From: Candidatus Hydrogenedentota bacterium
GTDB lineage: Bacteria > Hydrogenedentota > Hydrogenedentia > Hydrogenedentales > SLHB01
Direction: 5' to 3'
Assembly: GCA_045863295.1 (NCBI GenBank)
Contig: BTWA01000005.1
Coordinates: 32,001 to 96,000, forward strand
Length of the DNA stretch: 64,000 nucleotides
Shown here: positions 1 to 10,085 of the stretch, one piece after another
Position numbering within the stretch: the stretch's first letter is position 1
Layout of the letters: every line of letters begins with the position of its first letter
Translations under genes and position numbers: made by a program
The notes under the pieces: model-generated
The model's database searches: none
The model's input: the letters and a program-made list of their open reading frames with translations, nothing else
What the model was told of the DNA's origin: nothing

Positions 1-300
1 CAGTGCGCGAAGGCCGGCAAGCCGGATGTGGTGGTGGCGGCGTCGGATAATATGAAGGCCTTGCCCGATCTCGTAAGCAAATGGGTGCCCGGCCGATTTG
101 TGTCTTTGGGCACGGAAGGGTTTGGCCGCAGTGAATCCCGCAAGGCCCTGCGCGATTTCTTTGAAGTGGATGAACGGTATGTAACGGTAGCGGCCTTGTG
201 GGGACTGGCACAAGACGGCAAATTGGACTACAGCGTCGTCAAGAAGGCGATCGAACACTATGGCATCGATCCGAATAAATTGAATCCTTTGACGGCGTAA
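1..300 (+). CDS. aceE: Pyruvate dehydrogenase E1 (homodimeric AceE type), C-terminal part; 5' end is outside the window
   Basis: Frame open from base 1; motif LGTEGFGRSESRKALRDFFEVD matches the AceE C-terminus; lies directly upstream of E2 and E3. Confidence 0.9.
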   Translation, partial: QCAKAGKPDVVVAASDNMKALPDLVSKWVPGRFVSLGTEGFGRSESRKALRDFFEVDERYVTVAALWGLAQDGKLDYSVVKKAIEHYGIDPNKLNPLTA

Positions 301-330
301 CCCGAATCAACCAGGTGACAGGAATACGAT

Positions 331-1686
331 ATGTCCGTTGAATTCAAATTACCGGCCCTTGCGGAAAACGTCGACACGGTCACAGTAACCCGTGTCTTGG
401 TGAACAAGGGCGACGCCGTCTCCAAGGATCAGGCCGTCCTGGAAATTGAGACCGACAAGGCCGCGACGGAAGTCCCTGTCAACGTGAGCGGTGTTGTCGA
501 GGATATCCGCGTACAAGAAGGTCAAAAGGTGCAGGTGGGCACGGTGGTGCTGGTCATTGCGCCCGGCGCGTCGGCTCCCGTCCCAGCACCCGCACCCGTG
601 GAAGCGCCCAAGCCCGAAGCGAAGCCGGCAGAGGTCGAGGCGCCCAAGCCGGTAACCGTGGAAGCGCCGGCGCCCAAGCCCGCCAATGTGGCGGCGTTTC
701 AGCGCACCTCGCCGGCCGCGGGCGGTCCCGTGTCGGCGCCTCCATCCGTTCGCCGACTGGCGCGCGAATTGGGCGTAGACCTGCATACCGTCGTTGGGTC
801 CGGTTCAGATGGCCGCATTACCGAACAAGACGTGCGCCGGCACGCGGCTCAGCGCGAAGTGAAGTCCACCGCCGCCGCGCCTTCGCCGGAACAACTTGCC
901 GCGAAACCCGCGGCTCCGACACCCCGCGCCCCGGAACCCGCGCCGCGCGCAGTGGTGGAAGGGATTGCCGAACAGAATGCCTTTGGCCAGATTGTCCGCC
1001 AGGAGATGAACAGCGTCCGTCGCCGCACGGCGGAGAATCTTTCCAATGCCTGGGCAACGATTCCGCACGTCACGCAGTTCGACAAGGCTGACACGACCGA
1101 GATTGAATCGTTGCGGAAACGCTACGGCAAAGTGGTGGAAAAGTCGGGTGGAAAGCTCACCGTGACCGCCATTCTGGCCAAGGTGCTGGCGGTGGCGTTG
1201 AAGAAGTTTCCACAGTTTAATTCGTCTATTGACGTGGCGGCGAACCAGATTGTGTACAAGCAGTACTACAACATCGGCATCGCGGTGGATACGGAGCGGG
1301 GTCTGATTGTTCCCGTGGTGCGCGATGTGGACAAAAAGAACATCACACAGATTGCCGCGGAGCTGAACCAGATAGCGGAGCGCACGCGCAACCGCCAGAT
1401 CAAACTGGAAGATTTGCAGGGATCGACGTTCACAATTAGCAACCTTGGTGGTATAGGCGGTTCGGGTTTCACCCCCATTGTGAATCCGCCGGAGGTGGCG
1501 ATACTCGGTGTGTCTCGATCGTCGGTAGAACCGGTGTGGAACGGATCGGAGTTCAAGCCGCGCACAATGTTGCCGCTGTCGTTGTCGTACGACCATCGGG
1601 TCATTGACGGGGCGGACGCGGCCCGGTTTTTGCGCTGGGTATGCGAGGCGCTCGAGGAACCGTTCTTTATGTTTGTGGATGGCTGA
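331..1686 (+). CDS. aceF: Dihydrolipoamide acetyltransferase (PDH E2), one lipoyl domain
   Basis: Lipoyl motif IETDKA, Ala/Pro linker, E3-binding domain (PSVRRLARELGVDL), catalytic DHRVIDG. Confidence 0.93.
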   Translation: MSVEFKLPALAENVDTVTVTRVLVNKGDAVSKDQAVLEIETDKAATEVPVNVSGVVEDIRVQEGQKVQVGTVVLVIAPGASAPVPAPAPVEAPKPEAKPAEVEAPKPVTVEAPAPKPANVAAFQRTSPAAGGPVSAPPSVRRLARELGVDLHTVVGSGSDGRITEQDVRRHAAQREVKSTAAAPSPEQLAAKPAAPTPRAPEPAPRAVVEGIAEQNAFGQIVRQEMNSVRRRTAENLSNAWATIPHVTQFDKADTTEIESLRKRYGKVVEKSGGKLTVTAILAKVLAVALKKFPQFNSSIDVAANQIVYKQYYNIGIAVDTERGLIVPVVRDVDKKNITQIAAELNQIAERTRNRQIKLEDLQGSTFTISNLGGIGGSGFTPIVNPPEVAILGVSRSSVEPVWNGSEFKPRTMLPLSLSYDHRVIDGADAARFLRWVCEALEEPFFMFVDG

Positions 1687-1833
1687 TCGGGATTGGCGTT
1701 CCGGCGTGAAGCGGGTTATTCATCCGAACGCGCGCAACCATTACTTGTGTATGCCGGCGTGAATGCCGGATTCGGAAATACCTTCAATTAGCCATGCGGC
1801 TCGCTAGGGCCGCGTTTGATGAAAGTGAGAGGC

Positions 1834-3279
1834 ATGAGCGACGGCAATAAGGGCAACGGAAATTCCGGCAAGACTCGCGTAGCCATCATTGGCGGGGGCC
1901 CGGGCGGATATGCGGCGGCATTTAAAGCGGCGGACATGGGATTGGCGGTTACGCTGATTGATTTAAATCCGAATCCGGGCGGTGTGTGTTTGTACCGCGG
2001 TTGTATCCCGTCGAAGACACTGTTGCACGTGGCCAAAATACTGACCGAAGCCCGCGATGCCGAACATTGGGGCATCAAGTTTTCCAAACCGCGCATGGAT
2101 CTTGGGAAGTTGCGTGAGAGCAAAGATGCGGTGGTCGAGAAATTGACGGGCGGACTGGGTCAGCTTGGCAAGGCGCGCAACATCACGTATTTGCAGGGGC
2201 GGGCCTATTTCGAAGAATCGAAACGCATCCGCATCACGGACGATGCGGGCAAGGAAACGTTTATTGATACGGACTATACCATTATCGCAGCGGGATCCCG
2301 CCCTGCGCGTCTGCCCAATGTACTTATCGAATCCGAGCGGTTGATGGATTCCACCAACGCTCTGGACATTCCCGAGATTCCGAAGACGTTGCTGGTCGTC
2401 GGAGGCGGGTACATCGGTTTGGAGTTGGGATCGGTATATGCCGCGCTGGGGTCGAAGGTAACAGTTGTGGAAATGGCGCCGCAGCTTTTGCCCGGCGGCG
2501 ATGCCGATCTCGTTCGAATCCTGCATGAACAGATTGATGGCCGCATGGAGAGCATACTTTTGAGTACGAAGGTGGCCGACTTGAAGGAAACGAAGGACGG
2601 CATTCAGGTCACGCTGCAAAGCGAAGGCGCCAAACCCCGGACGAAGGTATTCGAAAAGGTGTTGGTCAGCGTGGGCCGCAGGCCCAATTCCAGCGGCTTG
2701 GGCTTGGCGAATACGACCGTTGAAGTGGATGAGAAGGGCTTTATCAAGGTTGACGAGCAACGGCGTACGACCGACGCCTCCGTATTTGCCATTGGCGATG
2801 TGTGCGGCGAGCCCATGCTGGCACACAAGGCATCGCACGAGGGACGTGTCGCGGCCGAAGTAATCGCCGGCACCAATGTGGCCTTTGAACCCAGTGCGAT
2901 TCCGGCTGTGGTTTTCACCGATCCCGAATTGGCGTGGTGCGGAGTGACGGAAAGCGAGGCCAAGAAGAAGGGTCTGCCCATTAAAGTGTCTCGTTTCCCC
3001 TGGGGCGCTTCCGGCAGAGCCACGACGTTGAACCGATCCGATGGACTTACAAAGCTCATCACGGATGCGCAAACGGGCCAATTGCTGGGGATGGGCGTTG
3101 TGGGCCCGGGCGCCGGCGAGTTGATTGCGGAAGGCGTGCTGGCCATCGAGATGGGCGCCACGGCGACCGACATCGGCCTGTCCATCCATCCTCATCCGAC
3201 CTTGTCGGAAACGGTCATGGAAACGGCCGATATGATTTTCGGTCACGCAACGCACATTTACCGGCCGGGAAAAAGCTGA
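1834..3279 (+). CDS. lpdA: Dihydrolipoamide dehydrogenase (E3)
   Basis: GGGPGGY FAD motif, GGVCLYRGCIPSK redox disulfide, GGGYIG NAD motif, HPHPTLSE; ATG 1834 follows GAGAGG (ORF track starts at 1816). Confidence 0.95.
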   Translation: MSDGNKGNGNSGKTRVAIIGGGPGGYAAAFKAADMGLAVTLIDLNPNPGGVCLYRGCIPSKTLLHVAKILTEARDAEHWGIKFSKPRMDLGKLRESKDAVVEKLTGGLGQLGKARNITYLQGRAYFEESKRIRITDDAGKETFIDTDYTIIAAGSRPARLPNVLIESERLMDSTNALDIPEIPKTLLVVGGGYIGLELGSVYAALGSKVTVVEMAPQLLPGGDADLVRILHEQIDGRMESILLSTKVADLKETKDGIQVTLQSEGAKPRTKVFEKVLVSVGRRPNSSGLGLANTTVEVDEKGFIKVDEQRRTTDASVFAIGDVCGEPMLAHKASHEGRVAAEVIAGTNVAFEPSAIPAVVFTDPELAWCGVTESEAKKKGLPIKVSRFPWGASGRATTLNRSDGLTKLITDAQTGQLLGMGVVGPGAGELIAEGVLAIEMGATATDIGLSIHPHPTLSETVMETADMIFGHATHIYRPGKS

Positions 3280-3298
3280 GTTACCCATTGCAAAACTG

Positions 3299-3343
3299 AA
3301 GCCGGTTTGCGTTCCATTTTCACGGGACGCAAACCGGCTTTTT
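3299..3343 (+). terminator. Rho-independent terminator of the PDH operon
   Basis: Stem GCCGGTTTGCGTTCC / GGGACGCAAACCGGC followed by TTTTT, just after the lpdA stop. Confidence 0.85.
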
Positions 3344-3459
3344 CAGTCCGCCGCAGCCTCACAGCGATTCGTTACTTAAAAGGCGCGCCCGTATACCAAA
3401 TCCATTTGGGGCGCGCCCTGGAATTCAAGGCGCGGGTTCCTTCCGCGAGCGAAGCCACG

Positions 3460-5610
3460 CTACGGGATTCGCAATAAAGTCACTCCGTCGCCATGTACTG
3501 CGGCCGCCCACGTCCCTGTGGCGTTCGCCGTGAAAACCGAGGCATCGTTCCATTCGATATCGGCAACCTCTTCGCGTCGATCGGGGGTGGACATGGTCAA
3601 TCGTGCCACGTGCATAACCCCGGTGCCCGAGGCCGTTGAGATGATTAGGTCGCCCGAATGTCCGGCCCAACCGGAGAAACCGGATCGTCCAACGCAGACA
3701 GGCGTTGCCGATGGAGAGGTATTGGAAACCATCAGCGTTTCTCCGCCATCGCCGCCTTTCGAGTAGAAAGCAATTCTCTGCGCGTAGGTGTCAAATGCCG
3801 AGGGTGCGAGCCGAATGGCGCGTGCCTCGTGCAAAATCTGTTCTACGCCGTTGCGAACTATGGAAAGCCGCTGACCGCCGTCAAACGTCGAAATTACCGC
3901 GACCCCTTGGCCGTGTGGCTCTACTTGCAGCGCGTCCACGCGCGCTTGGAGAATGACGCTTGAGACGGGTGTCGACGGGTCGCTCAGGGCAACGACCGAG
4001 ACCATGGACGAGGCCGGTTCCTGGACGATGGCATACGCCATGGCAGTGCCGGAGGTGTTTATGTCCGTGGCAAGCACTTTGCCACCGGGTTGCAGCGCGT
4101 GCACGGATTCAGCGCCGTCCACTGCCAACGAGCGGCGTTGGATAGCCAATCCGGCTTGTTCCGCTGTCATCACGGCCACTACATCGGCCCCTGACCCATT
4201 GTGTGCCACCTGAAATGCATGCTCATTCAGCCAACCCGGCGCGGGTTGCAGCGTCGCTTCCTTGGTCGCGGGATTCAGCGTCCACAGTGCGTATTGCCGA
4301 TGGGTGTACGTATTCGATTTACCGCGCAGGACCGCAATGGCTTTTTCGCCCGCCCATTGCAGAGACACGGTCTCGAAATTCTGCAAAGGCGTTGCCACGG
4401 AGTAGAGGTCCTTGGCCGTCTCAACAAACGTGGACGCCGGAGGTTCCGCCTGCCACAAGGCCGATTCGGCGATGCGATGCGCCTCGAATTGTTGGAGGTC
4501 GATTCCGTCTTGGCGTGCAGTCAACGTTATGCCCGTTGCAATGCCGGCAAAGAGGAGGCAATAGGCCCCATACGCCCATTTCATCCACTTGGGCAGCACC
4601 ATCCACCGGCGTGTTAATGGCTTCGCAGCATCTTTCAATGCGGCCACCGCCCGATTGACCGATACGCTCGATGGGTTAGCCACACCGCCCTGCTGTGCCT
4701 TTTCATTTTTCAAATCGCGGCGAAATTCGACTACTGCCCAGGCCGCGGAAAGTTCGCGTTCATCAAGCGGCTGGCCGCGTCGTACGCGTTGCATGGCCGA
4801 CCGCAAGGCAATGGCGGATTGCGGCCGGGCTTTCGGGTCCTTGTCCAATAACCACGCGATGAGCCGTTCCACATCTTCGGGAAGATCACCGACATGTTCG
4901 CTTACACGAGGCGTGGGATTGGCGAGAATTTGTTGAATGAGTTCCCCCGAAGACGCCGCGTCGAACGGCAAGTGACCGGTTACCATTTGAAAGAGCAGCA
5001 CACCCAGCGAATACAAGTCGCTGGACGCGGAGGCATCCCCGTTCTGGCAACGTTCGGGCGCCATGTAGTGAGGCGTGCCCAGCCGCGATCCGTCTACCGT
5101 AAGGCCATCGTCCGCCGTGAGAATTTTGGCGATGCCAAAATCGGTAACGTATGCCTTGTCTCCATCAATGAGAATGTTCGATGGCTTGATGTCGCGGTGA
5201 ATGATCTGCGCTTCGTGGGCTGCCGCCAGCGCGGAAGCGATTTGTCCGGCGATATGAAACGCGCGGCGCCATGCCAGCGGCCCTTCGGAATACAGCAGTT
5301 CACTCAGCGGTTCGGCATCCAGAAACTCCATCGCGATGTAGTGGGTGCCGTTGGCTTGGCCGACCGCATAGATTTCCGCGATGTTGGGATGTTCCAGGCT
5401 CGCCGCGGCGCGTGCCTCGCGCGCGAACCGGCTCACAATTTGGGGTTGCGCCTGCAAATCGTCGCGGAGGACCTTTAGCGCGACGATGCGATCCAGCGAC
5501 AGGTCCAGCGCACGGTAAACCACTCCCATTCCGCCACGCCCAATCTCTTCGAATATCTCGTAGTTGCCGAGTATATGGCGTGCCGGTAATGCGCCTCCCA
5601 GATCATGCAT
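3460..5610 (-). CDS. Membrane Ser/Thr (Hanks) kinase with C-terminal TolB-like/beta-propeller extracytoplasmic region
   Basis: GRGGMGVVY, VALK, HRDIKPSN, DFG, GTPHYMAPE; TM segment (AYGAYCLLFAGIATGITL); beta-rich C-terminus. Confidence 0.88.
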   Translation of the reverse strand: MHDLGGALPARHILGNYEIFEEIGRGGMGVVYRALDLSLDRIVALKVLRDDLQAQPQIVSRFAREARAAASLEHPNIAEIYAVGQANGTHYIAMEFLDAEPLSELLYSEGPLAWRRAFHIAGQIASALAAAHEAQIIHRDIKPSNILIDGDKAYVTDFGIAKILTADDGLTVDGSRLGTPHYMAPERCQNGDASASSDLYSLGVLLFQMVTGHLPFDAASSGELIQQILANPTPRVSEHVGDLPEDVERLIAWLLDKDPKARPQSAIALRSAMQRVRRGQPLDERELSAAWAVVEFRRDLKNEKAQQGGVANPSSVSVNRAVAALKDAAKPLTRRWMVLPKWMKWAYGAYCLLFAGIATGITLTARQDGIDLQQFEAHRIAESALWQAEPPASTFVETAKDLYSVATPLQNFETVSLQWAGEKAIAVLRGKSNTYTHRQYALWTLNPATKEATLQPAPGWLNEHAFQVAHNGSGADVVAVMTAEQAGLAIQRRSLAVDGAESVHALQPGGKVLATDINTSGTAMAYAIVQEPASSMVSVVALSDPSTPVSSVILQARVDALQVEPHGQGVAVISTFDGGQRLSIVRNGVEQILHEARAIRLAPSAFDTYAQRIAFYSKGGDGGETLMVSNTSPSATPVCVGRSGFSGWAGHSGDLIISTASGTGVMHVARLTMSTPDRREEVADIEWNDASVFTANATGTWAAAVHGDGVTLLRIP

Positions 5611-7909
5611 GAGCGTCTATCTCCCCTGCACCCGAATCGGGATTTCCATGCGCGGTCTTTTCCGCACCTTCCACCGTGCTCCTATTGGAATCGAGCTGAA
5701 TGATGAGTAGTGCCGGTTCGGAATCGTCCGCTACTGCCGCCGCGTGTGTACCGTCCGGTGAAATTGCTCCAGCCACGGAGGTCACGGCATACCCTGAAGC
5801 GGGCGTTGCAATGGTGGAGCCGGTTTGAAAATCGGTCAGGACAAGGTGAAGGGGCCGTTCGTCGTCCGCGCGCGCGACGAGAATCCAGCGGCCGTTTGGA
5901 TGCCACGCTTGGCGTGCGACGTAGCCCATGCCGAGCCGACGAATGGTTTCGCCTGATTCCACGTTTACTACGCGCACTTCAGGACGACGCGACTGGGCGC
6001 CGCGAATTGCCACCGCAATGCGCTTTCCGTCCGGGCTGAACGCGAACGACGGTTCGATGGATTCACCCAGCGAAATGGGACGGCCGTTTGCCTCGGATCC
6101 GTCTGACTTCACAATCCAGAGTGCCTGCTTGCCCGCTGCATCGGATCGAATATAGGCGATCCGCGAGCCGGTGGGATCGTACAGCACACTTCCAGGAATA
6201 ATAGTGTGTGCCGAAGCAATTTCGAGTGCCTTCTCACGCGTCGCGGTTTCGCGCGCATGCACGCGCAAAGTTGCATGTCCCGCCTCTTGCGAGGCTATGC
6301 AAATGTGTGTGCCCTGCGGATGCATCGCTATGCTCGGCTCGGCGGCATTGCCCACGCGATACGTTTCGCCTCCGCGGGCGAACGGGTGGGCCTCGTTCCA
6401 ACGTTGCGCGTAAACCGACAGATCGGATCCTTCCGGTTCCGCACTTACGGCGTACATTACCAATGCGTCCCGCAGACTGGACGAGTCCGTCATAGTCGTC
6501 CAGGGCGAAATGGTCATTCCGGGCATTTCCAGGGATCCGGCCGCGGTGTTGGACAACACGCTGCGCGGAGCGAGCAGGCTGTACGCGTGTCCGGACTCGA
6601 CGTTGATAGAGGCCAGTCCACGCGATCCCTCCAAGTACGAGCCGGGCCGTCCTTCGGCCACGAAGCCCAGTACCGGGTGCTGCGACGAGATCCAGCTCAG
6701 GTCGCGAATACGAAGCATGGGCACGGCCAGCCGTCCCAATGTCACGCCAGGGGCAGGCGAAGAGACTGTGAAGGCGGGTAACGAAGGTGCGGGCAAAGGC
6801 GCCGCGCCGGCCGTTCCTCGGCTGAGTGCCCAAAGTGAAAACGCGCCGAAGCCCGCCAACGCCAGCGCGACAAAAGCAGTACGCCGAATGCGCCCAGGCT
6901 CCGGCTTTCTGAGGTCGTGCGGCGTGTCGCCTCGCACCATTTCCGACTCGTTAACCGGTGTCGGAATGACACGAATCGAGCGATTGGCCGCTTGTTCTTT
7001 GACGTATTCCGCCAATGCTTCCGGTATGGCGGAGCGCCCGCCATTTTCCGCCAGGAGCCGTTCCATGACAGCCAGCACAGCGGTGGCGTCGGCCGGGCGC
7101 TGACCCGGCTCTTTCTCCATCAGATGCGCTACCACCCGCGCCACATCGTCCGGAATTTCCGGGACAATTCGATTCAGACGGGGCGGCTCTTCTTCCATGA
7201 TCTTCTTGAAAACCGCTACAGGGGTCGCGCCTTGATGGGGCGTTCTGCCCGCCATGATCTCATAAAGCGTTACGCCCAGCGCATACAGATCGGACAGGGG
7301 CGATGCGGGCAAACCTGCGCATTGTTCCGGTGATAGATAGTGGGGCGTGCCGACCAACTGGCAACTCTTGGAGCCATCCGTGGGCACGGCGATGTTTGCG
7401 ATTCCGAAGTCCGTCAGCCGGACCCGGCCTTGACGGTCCAGCAGGATGTTGGCCGGCTTCACGTCGCGGTGCACGATGCCTGCGGCATGGGCGCACTCCA
7501 AAGCCTTGGCCATTTGAATTCCGATATACAACGCGGTTTTCCATGGCACATGACCGTTGCGCCGCCAGTAGCGATCCAGCGGTTCGCCGGGAACGTATTC
7601 CATGGCGATATAGGGAATGCCTTCGTCCATGCCCGCGGAATACACGCGCACGATGCTGGGATTGCGCAGCGGTGCGGCGGCCCGCGCCTCCCGATGAAAG
7701 CGGTGGACACTGGCGGGGTTGCGTGCCAAGGCTCCCAGCAGAACCTTGAGGGCGACCGGCCGGTCCAAGGCCAGATCATGTGCGAGATATACGGTCCCGG
7801 TGGCGCCGCGCCCGATGAGTGCGCGGACCTCATACCCGGCAAATACGGAGCCGAGGAGGGAGGCTTTACCGTTGCTTATACTACGCTTATGTGGGGTCGG
7901 TTTTGGCAT
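5603..7909 (-). CDS. Membrane Ser/Thr (Hanks) kinase with C-terminal TolB/PD40-like beta-propeller
   Basis: GRGATGTVY, VALK, HRDVKPAN, DFG, GTPHYLSPE; TM (TAFVALALAGFGAFSLWAL); propeller motifs FSPDGKRIA, WHPNGRWI, ISPDGTH; overlaps next gene by 8 bp. Confidence 0.88.
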   Translation of the reverse strand: MPKPTPHKRSISNGKASLLGSVFAGYEVRALIGRGATGTVYLAHDLALDRPVALKVLLGALARNPASVHRFHREARAAAPLRNPSIVRVYSAGMDEGIPYIAMEYVPGEPLDRYWRRNGHVPWKTALYIGIQMAKALECAHAAGIVHRDVKPANILLDRQGRVRLTDFGIANIAVPTDGSKSCQLVGTPHYLSPEQCAGLPASPLSDLYALGVTLYEIMAGRTPHQGATPVAVFKKIMEEEPPRLNRIVPEIPDDVARVVAHLMEKEPGQRPADATAVLAVMERLLAENGGRSAIPEALAEYVKEQAANRSIRVIPTPVNESEMVRGDTPHDLRKPEPGRIRRTAFVALALAGFGAFSLWALSRGTAGAAPLPAPSLPAFTVSSPAPGVTLGRLAVPMLRIRDLSWISSQHPVLGFVAEGRPGSYLEGSRGLASINVESGHAYSLLAPRSVLSNTAAGSLEMPGMTISPWTTMTDSSSLRDALVMYAVSAEPEGSDLSVYAQRWNEAHPFARGGETYRVGNAAEPSIAMHPQGTHICIASQEAGHATLRVHARETATREKALEIASAHTIIPGSVLYDPTGSRIAYIRSDAAGKQALWIVKSDGSEANGRPISLGESIEPSFAFSPDGKRIAVAIRGAQSRRPEVRVVNVESGETIRRLGMGYVARQAWHPNGRWILVARADDERPLHLVLTDFQTGSTIATPASGYAVTSVAGAISPDGTHAAAVADDSEPALLIIQLDSNRSTVEGAEKTAHGNPDSGAGEIDAHA

Positions 7910-7957
7910 GTTTACCGTATGTGCTACAACATATTGGGTAGACTAGGGACCGTGAGC

Positions 7958-7986
7958 AGGGTAGCAACAAATAGCACTTTTGTCAA
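7958..7986 (-). promoter_or_regulatory. Putative sigma70 promoter for the kinase pair
   Basis: TTGACA-17 bp-TACCCT on the minus strand, about 50 bp upstream of the 7909 start. Confidence 0.55.
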
Positions 7987-8095
7987 TAGTTTTCTTTTTC
8001 GATCGAAACGCCTTGTGTAACCTTCGGGTTCCCGAGTCACGGACGCCCCGCCAAATGGGATATGGTATGTGTAAACCACTGGAAGGAAATATCTT

Positions 8096-9268
8096 GTGAC
8101 ACTAGATGAAATCGTTCGGAACGAATCCCTGCGGCAAAGTCTGGCCCCCGTGACCGCACACCAAGTCTTTCTGGCCCATGCGGGAGTAGCGCCTCTCCCT
8201 CGCGTTGCCATCGATGCCATGCAGGAGTATCTGCGGCGGTCGGGTAACGGAATGCAGGAGAATTCCTGGACCGCCGAGCGCGTGCGGCTCGCCAGAGAGA
8301 CTGCGGCCGAGTTGCTCGGGGCGACCGCAGGGGAGATCGCCCTGCTGGGTCCGACGGCATTGGGGTTGAGTCTGGTTGCGAACGGACTTTCGTGGCAGGT
8401 CGGCGATGAAGTCATCTATTACCAAGACGATTATCCGGCCAACGTTTACCCGTGGAAGCGATTGGAATCTCGTGGGGTGAAAGCTGTCTCACTGGAGCCA
8501 AAGCAGCCCGGTGCCATCACATGGGAACTCATCGAAAAATCCATTACGCCGAAAACACGGCTGGTGTCGCTGGCCACGTGCAGTTTCCTGAGCGGCTACC
8601 GGATCGATTTCGATGCCATCGGGCGGCAGTGCCAGGACCGTGGAATTCTCTTTTGCCTAGATGCCATTCAGTCGCTCGGCGCCTTTCCCATGTCTGTGCA
8701 GTATGTGGACTTTCTCAGCGCGGATTCTCATAAATGGTTGCTGGGTCCCTGCGGCGCGGGGATCGTTTATGTGAAAGCCTCCCGCTTCGAACAACTTGAG
8801 CCCACACTGGTTGGATCATGGAATGTACTTTCACCCAACTTCATCGCGCAAGACCAAATTGCCTATCCCAATCACGCGCAACGTTACGAACCGGGATCGT
8901 TGAACTTACCGGGAATTGTGGGCATGGAAGCCTCGATGCGCTGGCTGCTGAACCTCGGCATTGAACACATCGGGCAGCGGCTGCGCGATCTTCGGCACTA
9001 TTTTCTGGATCGTGTGCGGCCCGAAGGATACCAAGTGTACTTCGAATCGGTGGGAACCGGACACTCCATGCCGGAATCGGCGGAGTCCGGGATCATTTCC
9101 GTTGTCCATGATCGCTTTGACTTGTCCGAGGTCTCACGCACGCTGGCAGCGCATAATGTAATCGCATCGCTTCGTCGCAATCGCGCGGGGCGCGAGATAC
9201 TGCGCTTCTCGCCTCATTTCTACACCACCAAAGAGGAGTTGGATCGGGTGGCCGGCATGTTGAAATAA
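8096..9268 (+). CDS. Class V PLP-dependent aminotransferase (SufS/CsdB-like fold)
   Basis: DAIQSLG and SADSHKWLLGP (PLP lysine), YEPGSLN, LRFSPHFY. Confidence 0.85.
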   Translation: MTLDEIVRNESLRQSLAPVTAHQVFLAHAGVAPLPRVAIDAMQEYLRRSGNGMQENSWTAERVRLARETAAELLGATAGEIALLGPTALGLSLVANGLSWQVGDEVIYYQDDYPANVYPWKRLESRGVKAVSLEPKQPGAITWELIEKSITPKTRLVSLATCSFLSGYRIDFDAIGRQCQDRGILFCLDAIQSLGAFPMSVQYVDFLSADSHKWLLGPCGAGIVYVKASRFEQLEPTLVGSWNVLSPNFIAQDQIAYPNHAQRYEPGSLNLPGIVGMEASMRWLLNLGIEHIGQRLRDLRHYFLDRVRPEGYQVYFESVGTGHSMPESAESGIISVVHDRFDLSEVSRTLAAHNVIASLRRNRAGREILRFSPHFYTTKEELDRVAGMLK

Positions 9269-9299
9269 AAAAACCGGGGTCACAGACGGGCGACCCCGG
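9267..9299 (-). terminator. Terminator between convergent genes (U-tract on the minus strand)
   Basis: A7 run followed by CCGGGGTC...GACCCCGG stem. Confidence 0.65.
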
Positions 9300-9325
9300 G
9301 GCATTGCAGTCTGACGGGCACGAAT

Positions 9326-10009
9326 TTAGGAGTTGACGGTACTTGAACCACGGAGACGGTGAACAGCCAGCCCTGCAATGCCAAGACCCAACATGACAAA
9401 CGTCGCCGGTTCGGGCACAACGCTGATGCCACGAACGGCGATGACCATGTCGTTATAGTCGAAATCTTCCTGTGGATGATTCGCGGGCACGTCTTCGAAA
9501 GCCAACAGAAACAAATCCGCGTATGGCGTGGACAGCGCGACCATGTGATCGCGTTGATCGCTGTTCAGGGTTGCATCGGAGTACGCGATCATCCCGCCTT
9601 GAGACAGCGTGTCGCCATAAAGTCCAAAGGGCCCGCTAATCGATCCCAGGTCGAACCAATCCCCTTGATCGGGAGTTCCCTGGAATACGGGATGCATAGA
9701 GACAGTCCCGTTTTCATCGGTCTGATACCAGCCAAACGACTGATCGAATCCTGCGAAACTCACAAGGAACACGACCCAGGAATCCATGTCGGAAAGCGTG
9801 AATAGGGTGTCGTCGTCCAACTGGACGAGCTCATTGCTGGACTGAAAATCAGTTCCGAAAAGGTGATTGTAGATTTGGTATACGTTGCGTTCGCCCGCGC
9901 CGCCTCCGCCGTTGGGCGACCACGAATCGTGGATGTAGGTGGCATGAACGGAACCGCAGAAACAGGCAACCGCGAGACAAAGCGTCGAAATGGTGCGCAC
10001 CCCACTCAT
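9326..10009 (-). CDS. PEP-CTERM surface protein with DUF4114-like domain
   Basis: N-terminal signal peptide; AFEDV...DFDYNDMV motif; C-terminal VPEP + TM + basic residues (VPEPATFVMLGLGIAGLAVHRLR); ATG 10009 after GAGGAA (ORF track starts at 10090). Confidence 0.88.
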   Translation of the reverse strand: MSGVRTISTLCLAVACFCGSVHATYIHDSWSPNGGGGAGERNVYQIYNHLFGTDFQSSNELVQLDDDTLFTLSDMDSWVVFLVSFAGFDQSFGWYQTDENGTVSMHPVFQGTPDQGDWFDLGSISGPFGLYGDTLSQGGMIAYSDATLNSDQRDHMVALSTPYADLFLLAFEDVPANHPQEDFDYNDMVIAVRGISVVPEPATFVMLGLGIAGLAVHRLRGSSTVNS

Positions 10010-10069
10010 TTTCCTCGTCTCCAAGTCGAACCAGAAGTTAGGCACGTTTATCTGTTTGATCACTTTAAT

Positions 10070-10085
10070 TACAACAATCGTGCCA
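10070..10085 (-). promoter_or_regulatory. Putative sigma54 (-24/-12) promoter of the PEP-CTERM gene
   Basis: TGGCACG-ATTG-TTGT-A on the minus strand, one mismatch to TGGCACG-N4-TTGC, about 60 bp upstream of the start. Confidence 0.55.

Noticed and set aside
1963..3288. Long antisense ORFs (also 17676-18764, 26589-27830, 31346-32353, 55719-56627, 57485-58597)
   Set aside because: Shadows of well-supported genes on the opposite strand, with no recognisable motifs.
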